A stretch of DNA of 64,000 bases from Albugo candida (GCA_040437565.1 JBDOQK010000028.1:310001-374000); one strand, 5' to 3'; shown: positions 12,579 through 27,026, counted from the stretch's first letter. The notes: generated from the sequence alone by a model not told the origin. Made by a program: numbers and translations.

Positions 12579-13609
12579 TTAATTTACAATGCCCGCAAAG
12601 CGCTCCATTCGTCGTTGTTTTTTCACTTGCAACTATGAGAGACCGCGATAAGTACTGATTTAAATTCAAAATAGACGGATGAGGCCTACCGTCTCAGGCG
12701 TATCTATGCCGAATCTTTCCGCGCGGTGTAGACGACGTTTTTCTTCCACATTCAGCCCAAATCTTTCAGCTCGTTCTTTTTTCTTTGCTTCCAGCTTGAT
12801 AGAAATTGTCATATTAACACAACATCTCAATGAGTGTTTTGATAAATACGCACAGTATCTGCTGTGATGATACCAAAACGCTCTGCACGCTTCGCTTGTC
12901 GTAGTTTCTCCTCTTTTATTGATACTGCGCCGAGTTTTGTTGAGGTCTCTTCAGCTTTCGATAGTGGCCCTGGCGTACCTGTCGCAGCCTCAACATTGAA
13001 TCGTTTCGCCCGAAGTGCCTGTATATGCATGTGAGATTACAGACCGTTTCTGATACGAGACACTGTCACCTTTTTCTCTTCTAGTGAGGCCTCTATTCCG
13101 TATTTCTCGGCTCGTAACTTTCGCTTCTCTTCTTCTGTGATGTTTTGCTTTGCTTGTATGGACTCGTGACTATCTTCTTCTTGTATTTTTTCTTTTTTCT
13201 CAAATGTTGTCGTCTTCGTTGTTTTTGATTCGGATGCTACATCATCTTTTGCTGTCGTCGTAGTAGCCGAATCGTTCGGAGTTGTGATTGCACTGCTCGT
13301 AATCGAAACTTCCACAGCCGACGAAAAAGAAGGATCCTTCCATACCTTGGACCCTTCCGTATTCTTTCTATTTCTAGGAGACTCAATCACTTTACATTCG
13401 CCTCCCATCTTTGGACTTGTGGCTGATTCCTCCGCAGAGGGTTCAAAATCATTTAGCATTTGCGCTTCGCTACCAAATTCTTCAGCGTCTAACGCAAGTT
13501 CTAGGCGTTGAATGAGTTCCGTTTTCAGACCGTTTGAACTGAGTCCTCGTTTCTCAAGCTCAGCGCGTAGCTCTCCCACTTTCATTTTCTTTGGATTCAT
13601 CGCTGTCAT
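12579..13609 (-). CDS. SAP-domain protein of the Tho1/SARNP(CIP29)/MOS11 family (mRNA export), about 4 exons
   Basis: N-terminal SAP motif (KMKVGELRAELEKRGLSSNGLKTELIQRL) and repeated R..RAERFG motifs. GT-AG intron 13019-13069, further introns near 12795-12853 and 12634-12689. Last exon LQVKKQRRMERFAGIVN* has its stop at 12579-12581. Confidence 0.85.
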
Positions 13610-13804
13610 ATTAAGTCTGAATCTTTTTCCCGTGACAAAGTACTGTCAANNNNNNNNNNNNNNNNNNNNNNNNNNNNNNNNNNNNNNNNNNNNNNNNNNN
13701 NNNNNNNNNNNNNNNNNNNNNNNNNNNNNNNNNNNNNNNNNNNNNNNNNCATTATGACCTGTACTCAATTATATATTGATTTATACGGATCCTTAGCTAT
13801 GCAG

Positions 13805-15820
13805 TCAATACCGCTTGGGTGCAGTAAAATCTTTCGTCCATTGCTTCATGTCTATCGGATGCGATTCTTCGCTCGCTTCGATATCCTCGTGCCAAACCTT
13901 GATCGTTTTGTCGGCCTCACAGGTAATCAGTCGTCTACGATACAGTTTTGTTTCAGGTAGTACTTGGACACGGTTTTATAATCGTGACGTACAATCCTGT
14001 TTTGTCGAACATTGATGCATAGATTCCACACTCGCTATCCAGAGAGCCTACACGTGTAGAGTACATGTCATCGCTCGATTCTGGTGATGAAGAGTTCTCT
14101 CACCAGGTTGTACTTTGGTAAGCTCCTTTTGGAAGCAGTGACCAGTGTCATAATCCCAAAAATGCATCGAGCCATTATCAGCGCTGGAAACAAGCACTCC
14201 ATCTTGATTGATCGCCAGTGAGTTGACGACGGCATTATGACCGGAAAGATTCCGAAGGAATACTCCTTCTCGACAGTTCCATTTCTTGATGTTGTCAGCT
14301 GCTCCCGATACAAATGTGTGGTCCTGGCAGAAGAATGTGAACCTTTGTACTACTTGACTGAGTAGGGGTGTATTGGTACCATGGGCGATTTCGCCAAAGC
14401 GCGGATAGCCTTTTTGTGATGTGTCAGAGTGGTCATCACCTTTCCAGCCGCAAGATCCCACAGCTAAATCGATGCCAGACATTCCCATTACTCATACGAG
14501 GTGGAAGACAATAGACTCGCACCTTGATGGTGCTATCAGCCGATCCTGTTATAACTTGCGGATCCGTTCCTTGCGTTTCCAAAGACCAGACAGTTCCATG
14601 ATGGCCTGATAAAACGTGAATCTGTTGCTTAGAACGCATGTCCCAAACCTGATGCAGGAAAACAAATAAGAACTTTACATTGATAGAGGGCGATGTGCTT
14701 ACTCTGGCAACTGCATCACGTCCACCAGTGATTAAAACATCCAACGTTGGATGGAGCTTTAATGAGAATACTCCGGAAAGATGACCATGATAGCTACGAA
14801 TTACTTTGTTACACTCCAAGTCCCAGCCTATACAAATCCACATCATCTATCGGTCACAGACCACCCGAACAAGAAAACGGGATATTGTACATAGCACTTT
14901 CTTGTCTTCTGCAGCTGAAAACAAGTATGGGTGACGAGGGCTCACTTCCAAGCCTCTTATAGTATTGATGTGACCCGTCAACGTTAGTCGAAGTTGGCCG
15001 GATGCCAAGTCCCAGACTTTGATGGTGCGATCGGCGGCACCGGTCACGAACCAATCGTTTGTTGGGTCGATCGCAATTGCACGAACCCAGCCTAGATGTC
15101 CTGATATCACACGCTTGAGCTTCCATGGAGCGTGCCACTTTGGTTTAGGAACTTCTGCTGCTCTTCGTCGAGTGATGGAATTGTGAGTAAGCGGTATAAT
15201 TGAGCTTCCACCATTCATAGTCGGCTTCTTTTCATAAGTCGTTAATGCCGATGATCTTGTACTGCCCAATGTACTAATTGTCGAATTCGAAGCAATATAT
15301 GGTAAAATATATCTTGCCTACTAAAATATGATTTGATCTCAAACCTTTGCCCATTCTGTCTATGTTGCGTCTCCATTTCCTCCGCTAAACATTGCACGAA
15401 ATCTTGAGAGCCTAAAACACATGCAGGAGCTGCTCATTACGGAGCTTCCCACAGTTGGCTATTTAGTCTCCTACCATCATTAGTGACTGCACTGGAAGGC
15501 TGGCTATCAGAAACTAACTTATTTGTGACTTGATTCCCCCATGTATTTGCGAAAGTGTCGTCGTCTTTGATTAATTGTGTTGGTAGGTGAAGGTACTTGT
15601 CGTTCAATTTCGTACAGACCCTAATTTTCTTGCTAAGAGTATCAAATATAATCAGAATTATTGTCAAGTCGATTGATAGTAAGAGAGCGTACGTTGGAGC
15701 GTAGTTGTATCCGTTCAAATTGGAGTGTTTTGTGAGTGCAAATATCTCTGAAGTACGCAGAACTGACGTCGATATTTTCTCGCGTAATTCTTGCGTGGTT
15801 TCTATCTCCATTTTCACCAT
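13805..15820 (-). CDS. PLRG1: Pleiotropic regulator 1 / Prp46, WD40 spliceosome NTC component, multi-exon
   Basis: Hallmark [21 protein letters not shown], then [42 protein letters not shown] and C-terminal [14 protein letters not shown]...PKRY* (stop 13805-13807). Split over several ORFs by short introns. Start ATG at 15820 or 15811. Confidence 0.93.
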
Positions 15821-16270
15821 ATAATAACCAATCAAATNNNNNNNNNNNNNNNNNNNNNNNNNNNNNNNNNNNNNNNNNNNNNNNNNNNNNNNNNNNNNNN
15901 NNNNNNNNNNNNNNNNNNNNNNNNNNNNNNNNNNNNNACCAATCAAATGTCAGCTGTTTGTTACATTATTGTCACTGAATTTACATGGAGAACGCAAATG
16001 ATCAAGAAAGCGCTGTATATGTACCGACAATCGAGGCCATTTTCACCGAAGTTTTCCACCAAACATGTAGATATCCGCATTTATTCTCACGTCATGTTTT
16101 CTGCACTCTGTAGATGCTTACCATCAATGAAAATCTGATACACACAGCAGCGGAATGCCACGCAAATACCGATTACCCAGGCTCATTCAGGTAGATCTCT
16201 ATCTCCGCCATACGATACACTAACCAAATTCAACAGCTACCAACAGATCCTTCACCGAAATCTGATCGAA

Positions 16271-17048
16271 ATGGCTAGTTTTGTAGATATGATTTTTGGA
16301 GTGTACTGGAATCCCAAGACGCTCACGGCGGAAGGAAGCACGAAAATGTCAGGAAGCATCAGTGAAAAGGGATCAGTTGATACCAATGTGCCCTCTCACT
16401 CGTGTTCAAGCGTATTAATGCAGGCGATGAAGGCTGAAGCACGGATGCGGTCGTTAGAGCTCGAGCATCAAAAATGGTTAAAGGAGCAGAAAAAAGTACA
16501 GATGCGTGAAAGAGCTCGCATCATAGCTTTCATGAGTAGACGAGAAGATAAAGACAAGCCGAAGCAGCACAAGACATTATCAGTACCAGTCGCTTCTACC
16601 GGAATCCCGCTCACTTCTTTTATTCCGCATCTGCCTTCATTGTATCCGGCAACTGCAATCGCAGTTCCGTGCTTCAATTGTATCGTAAATAAAAAATCCT
16701 CCTACGAGTGTCGAATCACTCTTCGACACACACAGACTGGTGCGATACTTCCAAATTCACCGCTCTTAGCTCCAAACTCTGCGCTCGGTCTTGCCATGGC
16801 GGCTCGACGACCTATTACAAAACGTATCACAGGTATAAAATTTTGAAATGAGTTTATGTGATTTGATATTCAGCTTCCACTTTGTAATAGAGGCTTCCAC
16901 TGCGTATAAATTCAAAAAAGTGTGCGTGGAATGTCGCGAGCGACATACTAGTTTGCATCATTGCCGCAAGGTCTATCGTCACACTGCACCAGAATGGACT
17001 GCCGAACGACGTAAAAAGTTGGCCAATGTCACCAGAGAGGTGACCTGA
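16271..17048 (+). CDS. Hypothetical protein with a coiled coil and two C-x2-C-x9-C-x5-H motifs, 2 exons
   Basis: ORF 16271-16832 joins in frame through GT-AG intron 16833-16890 to EASTAYKFKKVCVECRERH...*. Motifs CFNCIVNKKSSYECRITLRHT and CVECRERHTSLHHCRKVYRHT. Confidence 0.75.
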
Positions 17049-17064
17049 AGAATCACTACTTTCA

Positions 17065-19183
17065 ATGGAAACAATACAAGAACACTCGTGCCGGCCGGAT
17101 GTGTCTACTAGAGCCGTTATTTATATCACCCTCAACATTCTGATGGGTCCATCTGCAACTAATGGGAGCAGTTCACCGGATATTGGTCTTCCTTCAGACC
17201 GCTTACGTGGGCATTACATTGCTGCTCTCCGTCACATTATAGACTCGTTAAATTTGTCCAGTGACTCTGCACGATCTGAAGCTGGAAACGATTATGATGA
17301 TATTTATATCATACCTTCCCATTGCTATCATCACGTTTTTTCGTACATTCAGCTTGACGTCATAGATCTCCTCCAAGATGAGAAGCGAAGCTTGCACTTT
17401 GTCGACATTTCAGACTCGATGAAGAGCGTCCATTTTACCGGCCGCTTGTTTTTATTGTACTTGACATTCGGCAAGCTGGATGAAGTGGAGGCTGTAACAA
17501 GACACGCAACAAAACTGCTTTATTTTTTCTCTGAATCTGCTCAGTCCAAGCAGACACGTTCGGTCTCTACGCATGTTTTCACTTTTGGAGAGACCACGGA
17601 ATCGATACGAAAGCATTTGGTCATGTATCAGCAACGAAATCCCGCTTTCCCACCGATAAAGATTGCAAAGTTCCCAATAAGCTTTCTATCGCTCGACTCT
17701 GATCTTTTACTACTTGGTCAAGAAAATCTTTTGTACGATTTGTTTGTTCGAAATGAACATAATGCGCTTGGAAATGTCGTGACGGCGTTGCAGGATTTTC
17801 AGAAATTATTTGGAGTCTTCGAAAGCATCAAGTGCAAAGGGCAGCTTTCGATTGCTGTGGCGAACGGTCTAATGGAGTACTCGGAGCGAAATGATCATAC
17901 TGGTAGTAAGAACGAAAAGAAGCACCAAAATAGGCGTTATACTCTGGTGGTGATGGACCGTTCAGTCGACCTCGTATCCCCATTTATCACACCACTTACT
18001 TACCATGCCCTTCTCGATCAGAACTTTGGAACTCGAGACGGATCGGTGCATTTGAATCCGAGCATCATACCAACTGATTCAAAAACTCCGACAAGCTCTC
18101 TACAAGCACCCACACATCGGGCTGAACAGGTAACTGGGATGCACCTCAATTCGTGTGACCCTATTTTCGCGCAAATACGTTCCAGTAGCATCGATACGCT
18201 TCCTGAAATGCTTAAAGAGATGGCTTTAGAAATGAAGGGCAAGTTTGCATGCTTCCAGTCAACATCAAGCTCGGCCACGGTTGCGGATATTCAGGCATTC
18301 GTGAAGACCATTCCTTTGGAAAAAATCAAACAGCAAAAACTTGAAATACACATAAAATTGGTAGAGGATCTTTTGGCAATCGTCCACTCGGACGCATTCC
18401 GAAATGTGTGGATTCTGGAGAAGAAAATGATGGACGCATCTGTCGATGAAGACGAAGTTGTTGAGAAGCTCGAAACGATGATATCCAGCGATATATCGCT
18501 CACAGCCATTCTTCGGCTTGTTTGTCTATTCAGTCTGGTGCGTGGTGCAATTTCAACAGGAAAATATGACCAGTGGAGTACCTTAATCCAGCAAAAGCAT
18601 GGCACGAAAGGTTTGCACTGTATGATGCGGCTTTCGGAGCTTGGAATCCTAAAAATACGCTCAAGGACTTGGACGAAGTCCGGCGAGTCTGAATCATTCG
18701 ACCTTTTCCAACGGATCTGCATAGATTTCAATTTGCTTGACATGGAATTATCTGATCATTTGGCTTACGTTACGGGAGGGTACGCTCCTATATCTTGCCG
18801 CATTGTGGAAGAAATTGGTCGATGTGGAAATTGGCTTGAAAAAGATAGTACCATCAAGCTATTGAAGGGAGCTCGTATAGAATTGACTACTTGTAAGGGC
18901 ACAAAACGCAAAAAAGTAAAATCATCAAAGAAGCGCGCTATCGTTGTCTGTATATTGGGTGGTATCACTCAGACCGAGATTGCTGGACTGCGGTGGCTAT
19001 CGACGATATGTAAGTGATGCAACAAGAAAGGACGACTTAAACTTTTTCTGACTCTGTGTAGTAGACTCGTGCGATTTTGTGATCTTGGCAACGAGTATAT
19101 GCAACGGCGAAACCTTTTTGATGCGACTGATCCACGGCATAGCAGAAGAAGACGCGACTATACAATCCGCATATCCTCGTTAG
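17065..19183 (+). CDS. Sec1/Munc18 family protein, VPS33-like, 2 exons
   Basis: LVVMDRSVDLVSPFITPLTYHALLD, LNSCDPIFAQIR, LRLVCLFS, YVTGGYAPISCRIVE, ILGGITQTEIAGLRWL. Intron 19010-19061, then DSCDFVILATSICNGETFL...* (stop 19181-19183). The true start may be the ATG at 17143. Confidence 0.88.
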
Positions 19184-20729
19184 AAACAATATTGGTTCGA
19201 GTCAGGTAACGCTTGTTATAGATTCGAAATGCATTTATTCCCACGATTACTTGGCACGGTCAAACATATACTGAGAAGATGTCATGATGGATGAAACCTG
19301 TNNNNNNNNNNNNNNNNNNNNNNNNNNNNNNNNNNNNNNNNNNNNNNNNNNNNNNNNNNNNNNNNNNNNNNNNNNNNNNNNNNNNNNNNNNNNNNNNNNN
19401 NATATCCTCGTTAGAAACAATATTGGTTCGAGTCAGGTAACGCTTGTTATAGATTCGAAATGCATTTATTCCCACGATTACTTGGCACGGTCAAACATAT
19501 ACTGAGAAGATGTCATGATGGATGAAACCTGTTAATGTGACAAATTGACACAAGAGAACCTGAAGGTTAGATTCAGTTGAAATGAATGTAGGTTGAGGAT
19601 AAGAGCGGATCAATACGACTCTAGCACGCTTCGTTTCGAATTTCTTTCATAACAACCAGACAGAGGTCAGCTTTTTAAGCTGAAAATTGTCGTCTATCGC
19701 CCTAATATATTCTGTCGATTCTATTACGGCGATGCTGCCTCTCTGGACTCTACGCGTATTTTTGACGCTCCATCATGTAAGAGTGTTCGTGTGGTAGACA
19801 TGTTAGTATATACGTACATTCCTACCTTCAAGACATGTGGCTTCAACTCAATGAGTAAGGAAACTATCACCCTGCATTAATTGCAGGGATGCATTTGTGA
19901 GGAATTACAATGCATGACAAATTTTGAGGGGAACGGAATGGCCATTACTTCATAATCGTCAATACATTCCGGCGATATAGAAGGTGTGGTCGGTCCCCAC
20001 ACTATAGCGCTCAAAATCGATCTGCTTATTACGCATTAAGAGAATCCTTGGTGTGATCAAGAACGCAGAATATAATAATGGTAGCAAATCATCACTAAAG
20101 AAATTGGACGCTCGAAGTTCTATGGGGGTTTGGAAGACAAGGCACAGCTATTTTAATCTCAATGAGTGTGGTGTGACGGCAATAGAAGTCACGGTTTCTA
20201 CGAAACTGATCNNNNNNNNNNNNNNNNNNNNNNNNNNNNNNNNNNNNNNNNNNNNNNNNNNNNNNNNNNNNNNNNNNNNNNNNNNNNNNNNNNNNNNNNN
20301 NNNNNNNNNNNTATACTATAATGCTGGACTTATCCAACCGTTAATCGTCTGACTTATTCTAATCTTTAGACTCGAATCTTTGAATCATGTTACCGCTTTA
20401 ACTTCAAATTTAATCCTTCCTCAAGGTACGGGGTACGCGTACTTTGTGTCATGGAAGTGCGGCAAAGAGTCCATTCAACACCGTCGTCGAGTAATTCTCA
20501 ACCCCAACCTTCCATCTCGTCTTGGTTCGTACCATACGTTATATCAAATATGTAATCCCACACAACAAATCCTCCAGGATTTGCTATGAAAAGAATAAAA
20601 AAATCGCACTGAATCGCACTCCAAAACGAGTTCTTGTTTACATGTCTTAAAAGAATGCAAAGTATTCCCTCAAGTGATATCAAAACTGGCTTCAGGAGAT
20701 ATGATCTTCATCTCGAATTTCATCTCATG

Positions 20730-23700
20730 AATGAGTCATCCGGTGCAGGTCCTACGCATTCCTCTCCACCGTCATCCAATGGAAATCAACCCATGTGTTC
20801 TCTGTAGTCGTTGCAATCCATCAATCAATAGATCCGCAAATTTCAGACGGGGATGTTATCACGATTTGTACCAGTTTCGAGCTGGAAAAGCTATTGGAGA
20901 AATTCTCGCAATATAACCCCAAAGCCACTATACAAAAAAGCCCTCCGTCAATCGGCAAACTCGCAATGTGAACCGTAATTTACTCGTACTCAATGAGATA
21001 CTGACCACACGTACTCTACAGCTCCAAATTGAGACGTATTGAACACACAAATTTGACATTAAAAGCTCTGCAAAAATCATTTGAAAATTATACCACTCAG
21101 GCAAACCCAAAAACCTTGCAAGCATATTCTGAAGTCGGTCCCATATTCGAATCAAATGAAATCGAGCAGGAAGATCCACTATCAAAGGGAGATGCATCAC
21201 ACTTAGAAAAACATGTCGTCTCAACGAAAACGTGTGATGTCTGTGATGTGTCTTCGCCGGATGCACCGAGACACTCCTGTACCGCTTTAGAGCCAATAAT
21301 ATCTTGATACGTCACGGTTGCGCCCAATCCGCAGCAGATATGCAGAAAAAGTATGCAGAACCCCCATATTTCGCAGTAACTATATCAGCATGACACGACC
21401 ATCGCAAGTCAATAAACAGGGACATTCATCATCACAGTGGAGCAAGCAGTTGATTTACCTGGATTACAAATAGTCGGATCGCTTGGACCGTATACCAAAC
21501 TCTCGCTACTCTCGTGCAATTAATCGCAACAGACCAAACCGACTGAATTGGGAGGCCGAAATCCCATCTGGAAGAAAATATAACAAAATGCAATTGACGC
21601 ACATATAAAACAGCTCTATCACTCCAATTCCGCTTTTGAAGATAGAAATTTGAAATTACAATTATATCGCTGACGATCTTATGGCTTGTGCTCTGTTGGA
21701 TTTGAGTCCGTTCTTATCTTATCCAAATGTGGAGATCAGAAGATGGTTCATGCTGTCGTCTCGAGGAGCAGCTGCGGCACTCACGCGGCCGTATCAATCG
21801 AATTCGCCCAGAAGTTTTCTCAGTGTCCGTTTTTCGCCGGAAGAAAACGCTCTTTCACCTTCAAAAAAGCACAAATTCCGTATGCATCAGCTTCGATCCA
21901 TTGGAACCGTAATTATCGTTTGTACTTTGTGCAAGTCTTCCAGTGTCTCGAGGCGCATGTCTTCTCACCTGACTGATAGTGTAAGCGATCGAGTGATTGT
22001 CAATGTATTGAAAGGAGCCTGGTGATATCGCTGAACTGCCATGCTGACGTCTACAAAGGATGTCTGGTGAAAGCTGCAGCGAAGCTTCCTTTTCGAGGTC
22101 TTTCTGCTGGGTTGAGGAGCAGAAGCCGATGGAGAAGGACGAAAGCTCGTGGAATGTGGGTGAGCGTTTCTGCTGGCGCGATGGATTGAAATATTGAATT
22201 CTCAATGATCATGAAATCCCTCCTTCTGAAATTCAAGCTCCATCCCATACTTCTTGAAAAGGTCATTTCTATGTCGATCTGTATAGCCTCCACGTTTGCA
22301 CAAAGCAATGCCAACCAGACGTGGATTTCCATATCAAAAACATTCATAAGGTGACACTTACTCTCGATTAAACTTTGAAGACACGCTGCATGAGACTCCA
22401 GTGTTGAAAACTGCCGATCCTGTCTTCCAAGAAAGAGTCTGCTGGAAAGTACGCCATCGAGATGCCGTCCTGCACATTCAGACCATCGACTTTAGCACGG
22501 ATGCGTCGTTCGGAGAGATGTCGATCGATTTGTTCAAGATGTTGCAACACAACGCCGACAAGCTCATGTACCGTGATTTTAGTGCGGCAGTCTCCAAAAT
22601 ACTGAGTCGAAAAAAATAATCTGATTAAAAGTCTGATGACACCAACGCATCCGATTCAGTGAGCTTGCATTCGTATAAATCCACTAGAGACGACCTTGAC
22701 CGTTTTTGACCTCAGGATATCCAGTAGAGCGCTCTCAACAACTCCGTCGAGCAAGAAACGAATTGCAGGTTTCCTGATGGCCGAATTTGAGTATGTAAAA
22801 TCCACTCATGATCTCTTCCGATTCCGTCTCCCCAAAGAGACTCAGCTTTTGGAACGCGAAGAAAAGTAATGCAATGTGGAGTCTCTGAAGGCGACATTCG
22901 ACCGCTTTGGTCGCATTCTTCGGATCTTCAAATAACTCGATCTCGAATATGCACGAGTCATGTCATGAAAGGACAAGCTGAGATCGTCGCCTTGATTTGG
23001 ATTGTTTGTGATTCTCTGTATCAAAGTCGATTTGGAATACTTTGGAGCGTATGTGTTTTATGGTCTCATCATTCTTTTACTGTATCAGCTCCGATTTCGA
23101 CTGAGTCACGCGTATTTGGATTGTTGAATCGGTCATTTGGAGTACGAGAATGACCAAATTGATAATTTGAAAATGCATCGGCCGCTTGCTGCACTCTATC
23201 TCGCGGTTCATGGAGCCCAATTGACCCAAGGCACAGAGAAAGCCATTACGGAGGCACTTTATGTGCTGTCTAAAGATTCATCAACTGCAAAGAGAAGGCT
23301 GTATGTGACGATGAAATATTTACCAGATGATAGAGATCCATACACTGGAACCGTTTTTATCCCGTGGGGATTCGAAGAAGTACTGATTGGGTGGACTCGA
23401 GCAATTGAGATGAGCACATCGCCAATATGGAGAACAAAGTTCATACCACCGCATCTGACGGCTACCACCAATACACTTGCATCGGCTTTTGGGTCCAATA
23501 CCCGAAATGACTCCTCTTTCCGAAATTTGAATGTATCGTGGCGCCATGATCCTCAAGAATGCAATTGCTCAAGATGTCGGACGTATTTGGCTTACAAAAG
23601 AAAACACACTGAAGATCTTGTGGATGAGACACCTCCGACATGCGGAACCGATAGCCATGCGTTCTTCTTTCTGAAACCTCAATGCCGAAAGATGAATTTG

Positions 23701-24900
23701 GTTCCATGGAAATCAAGCCCAGGATTGATCCAATTCGAGTTGGGCATGAGTACGAATGGAGAGATCAAAGAAATACCCTAATTTATCGTCGCCAGTGGAT
23801 AACCCCATTGAGTTATGTAGCCACAACATCCGACCGAATGCATTAGAGGACCATACCTCTGAATCTGCTACAGCAATTTGAAGACAAATCAACGCATTCG
23901 AGTCGGAGTCTTCTCCATCATTTTCCACATTGCAAATTCGAGTGAAATTATGTGAATTAGAACACATCCGACTCACACATTTGCGTCAAAGTACTCAAGC
24001 GAACGAAGAAACAGTGTGAATCTGGACACTCCATCGGAGACGTCACCGGGCAATTACGAAGACTCGAGTCATCGTGAGATCAATTCCTCAGAGAAAACAC
24101 CATTACCATCCACACAGGAGCCAAACGAGCATATTACGACTATGTGTGATCGGCATTGGCTCAAAAAGAAAAATTCTCGCATGCTGTTCTTGGCGGCCAG
24201 GTGGTAGATACTTTTAACAAGATGATGGATACCATAAAAACTGTGCAAGATTAAAGTCGGTCGAGCATGTGGTACAGTTACCTGTGTGGAGAATGTCTTT
24301 AATTGGAACCATCCATGGAAAACAGCGGTCGTTTGTGTCATTTTCCTGACAGCTGCATTCATTTTCTCTGTGATTCCGGGGCGCTGGATCGTCTTCTTAT
24401 TCGGTTGTTTAGAGTTTGGTGCAACGTTACTGAAGGATCATCCACCAAGCAATCGATTTCGAAATATGTTGTGGAATTTCCTGTCATCAATTTCCACAGA
24501 CAAAGATCTCATCAAAGTGTACTCGGACCAAAGAGAGAGAGATATCGTTAAAGAATGAGTCATTGACCGACAATTACGTATGCAAAATATGCAATTTCTG
24601 ACCGGGGTCACCTGCTCACTTCAGAATGCTCAGAATCTGTTGGTGCGACTTCTTATGGGGCTGCCGAAATGATGTGAGGGTGTATTATGATCCGATCATT
24701 TGAAATTTCTAATCTCTGGCAATATGTTGTTCATCATGCTCACAGACTCAGTCTTATAATATGTGACTGACGTATTTGTACGTTACAATTCACAAATGAA
24801 CGTGTCTAAGCACTCTTTTTGACCCAATTCCTAGATTCGTACTATTCTTACGTTTTTTTATTCGATACGACACACATACCCGCGATACATTATGGCTGCA
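20730..24900 (+). pseudogene. Degraded C2-domain and transmembrane (MCTP/PRT_C-like) gene
   Basis: C2-like remnant (TFIITVEQAVDLPG..GPYTKLSL...ADDLMACALLDL...RRWFML) at ~21420-21760. C-terminal NVFNWNHPWKT + hydrophobic stretch + NFLSSISTD at 24286-24500. Many stops and frameshifts; limits approximate. Confidence 0.55.
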
Positions 24901-26249
24901 TCCTCCAGCGATCTACCGAGTCGTGAAAAAGTTGTTTGGCGACAACTCGTAAGCGATATTGACTTGTGTCTTTGCTCGTTCTCGAACCGGTCATTTTTGT
25001 ATCGAAATCGACCTGGCAATATTCCGATTCGACAACTCTACAAAGGTATCGCTTTGAAGTGCTTTCCAACCTTTGCACACGTGTGTACACCTGTATTATG
25101 GTGATTCGTCCCAAACTTTTATCAAAGCTTCAAGTGCAGCTGACGGGTCGACAGAAATACAAGAAAGCTGAGCAGTCGTCTATAACTTCAGCTGAAGTTT
25201 CTGCATTTATTCGTTTCTCGAGATTGCTCCGTACATCAATAAGTAGTCGTACTCGAACGACAGCTACTTGTTGTACGTCGCAGTATTTGAGTGGGATCGG
25301 TGCTGTCAAGTTGAGAAGAATTTATTGAAGCCGTGAGATAAAAGAGCTCATCACCGTCTTCAGCATGACTGTTCGCTGATGCAAACCTCTTTGCCGTACG
25401 TACTCAATCCACCTTTAAATCAACCAAATTGACTCTACCACTGAATCCATCAAAACATTTCGTGCGTTGATGTCACCTAATATACAAGCAGGTACGAAAA
25501 CTCACATAGATGATCGCTCTACACGTGTCCAAGCAAAAGCAAGGGGGCAATTTGTTCGAGCGACATCAAAAAAACGGCGAACAAATTCCCACAAATGACT
25601 GTTTCCAGCGCACTATGAAAACACGACAAAGTCAGAAGTCAATGTCATACGGGCGGCGTGGTGGAGGTGAGTTGTCATGATGTCCACGTTGAGGCTGATT
25701 AAGGCTCCAAGGGAGATAACATGAAGCAGAAACGTGACATCAAATCGCAACAGGTAAAAGCAAAAGAAAACACGAACGGGGCGAAAGAAGCGAAGAGAGG
25801 ATCTTTTTTGAGAGCTCAAGTGACACATTTTCTCAGCTTCTGTTCCATATGTTCCGACCGATATTGTCAGCAAAAGCGGTCCGAGGATGAACAGAACCAA
25901 GCTACAAGAAAATTTATACAATTGAGTATATCATAGAAGATTCAGCGTGCGAGAAAAGAAAATCTTGGATCGTATCAGGCTGAAGGGTAAGGTAAATTAT
26001 GACGGGTGGCCGGTGGGTTACTTGGGCATTTTGTGTGAGGGGTGATTCTATACTTTTTCTTTCTTCTGTCGTGTCGATGTTGATTTTCGACGTTATGATA
26101 TATTTACTGCCCAGTACCCATTTCTCAGTACGCTAGGAAATACACACAGGTTAGTGTCGTGCAAAGCCAATACCAGATTGACCACTTTGCACTGGTGCGG
26201 GGGAAATGTGATGTATAGACTGTCATCATCTTCTTTCCCATGAACTTGC

Positions 26250-27026
26250 TGGACTGTACCATCCTTTTTTTTTACAGTGCAACCATGCTTTCTTAGCCAT
26301 TCTATGATCTGTTTAAAAGGTTCTGCTGGTAGTTCGATCCAACTTTCACCGAAACGGAATTGAACTTTTTGATTTTCCTATACTTGATCACCCACTTTGA
26401 TGGAAGGAAGACGAAAATCGTTTTCAGACTTAAATTTGCGATCTTCAGCATCGTTTGCCTCGCTGTCAAGAGCGTGTTGTATCCCACAGCTTTTTCTTTC
26501 CTGCGTAAATGTATAGATCCCTTTTGGAGCCATTTTTAAGAACTTTTCAGGATCGAGCGTTATTTTGCCGTTCGTCCAGTACGTCATCATCCCTTTATTG
26601 TTCAATATCTCCATGAGCTTTAAAATTATTGTCCAAGAACCTGTAATAGTACTATCAAAAATTGGCTTCGCGAGTCCTCCGACTTCTGGATTATAGTGCT
26701 TCTTCCCATTATCACCATTGCCCCGTAGATTTATTCGATACAGTATGTTTCCTATAGTTTCGTCTTCAATCACTTCCTCTTCTATCTCCATGTCAGGCCA
26801 GCATCGCTTGAATTGAGGTATGGCGCGACTTTCCTCTTCCATGTAGAATTGCATGATATCCATGCCAATTTACCTTTGCTAATCTTACACTCGACTCACA
26901 CTTCCTCGGGTTTTCCATGTCGTTATAACAGTCGAATCACACTCTGTATCCGTCGACGTGATGACGATATACTGATAAGGCTCCAAGCAAGGCGGTGCAG
27001 TACGAAAGTGGTGGATAGATCTTCAT
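26250..27026 (-). pseudogene. Signal-peptide protein pseudogene, paralog 1 of an unknown family
   Basis: ATG 27026 gives MKIYPPLSYCTALLGALSVYRHHVDG, then an in-frame TGA and a frameshift into ORF 26378-26863. Shares MQFYM, HYNPE, LDP..FLK(M)APKGIY.FTQ and FK.E...RLP..KVG with 48424-49670. The 3' limit is uncertain. Confidence 0.7.

Noticed and set aside
19171..19532. 131-bp direct repeat after the VPS33-like gene (similar case at 59835-60352)
   Set aside because: Identical copies abut N gaps, so they are assembly artifacts.
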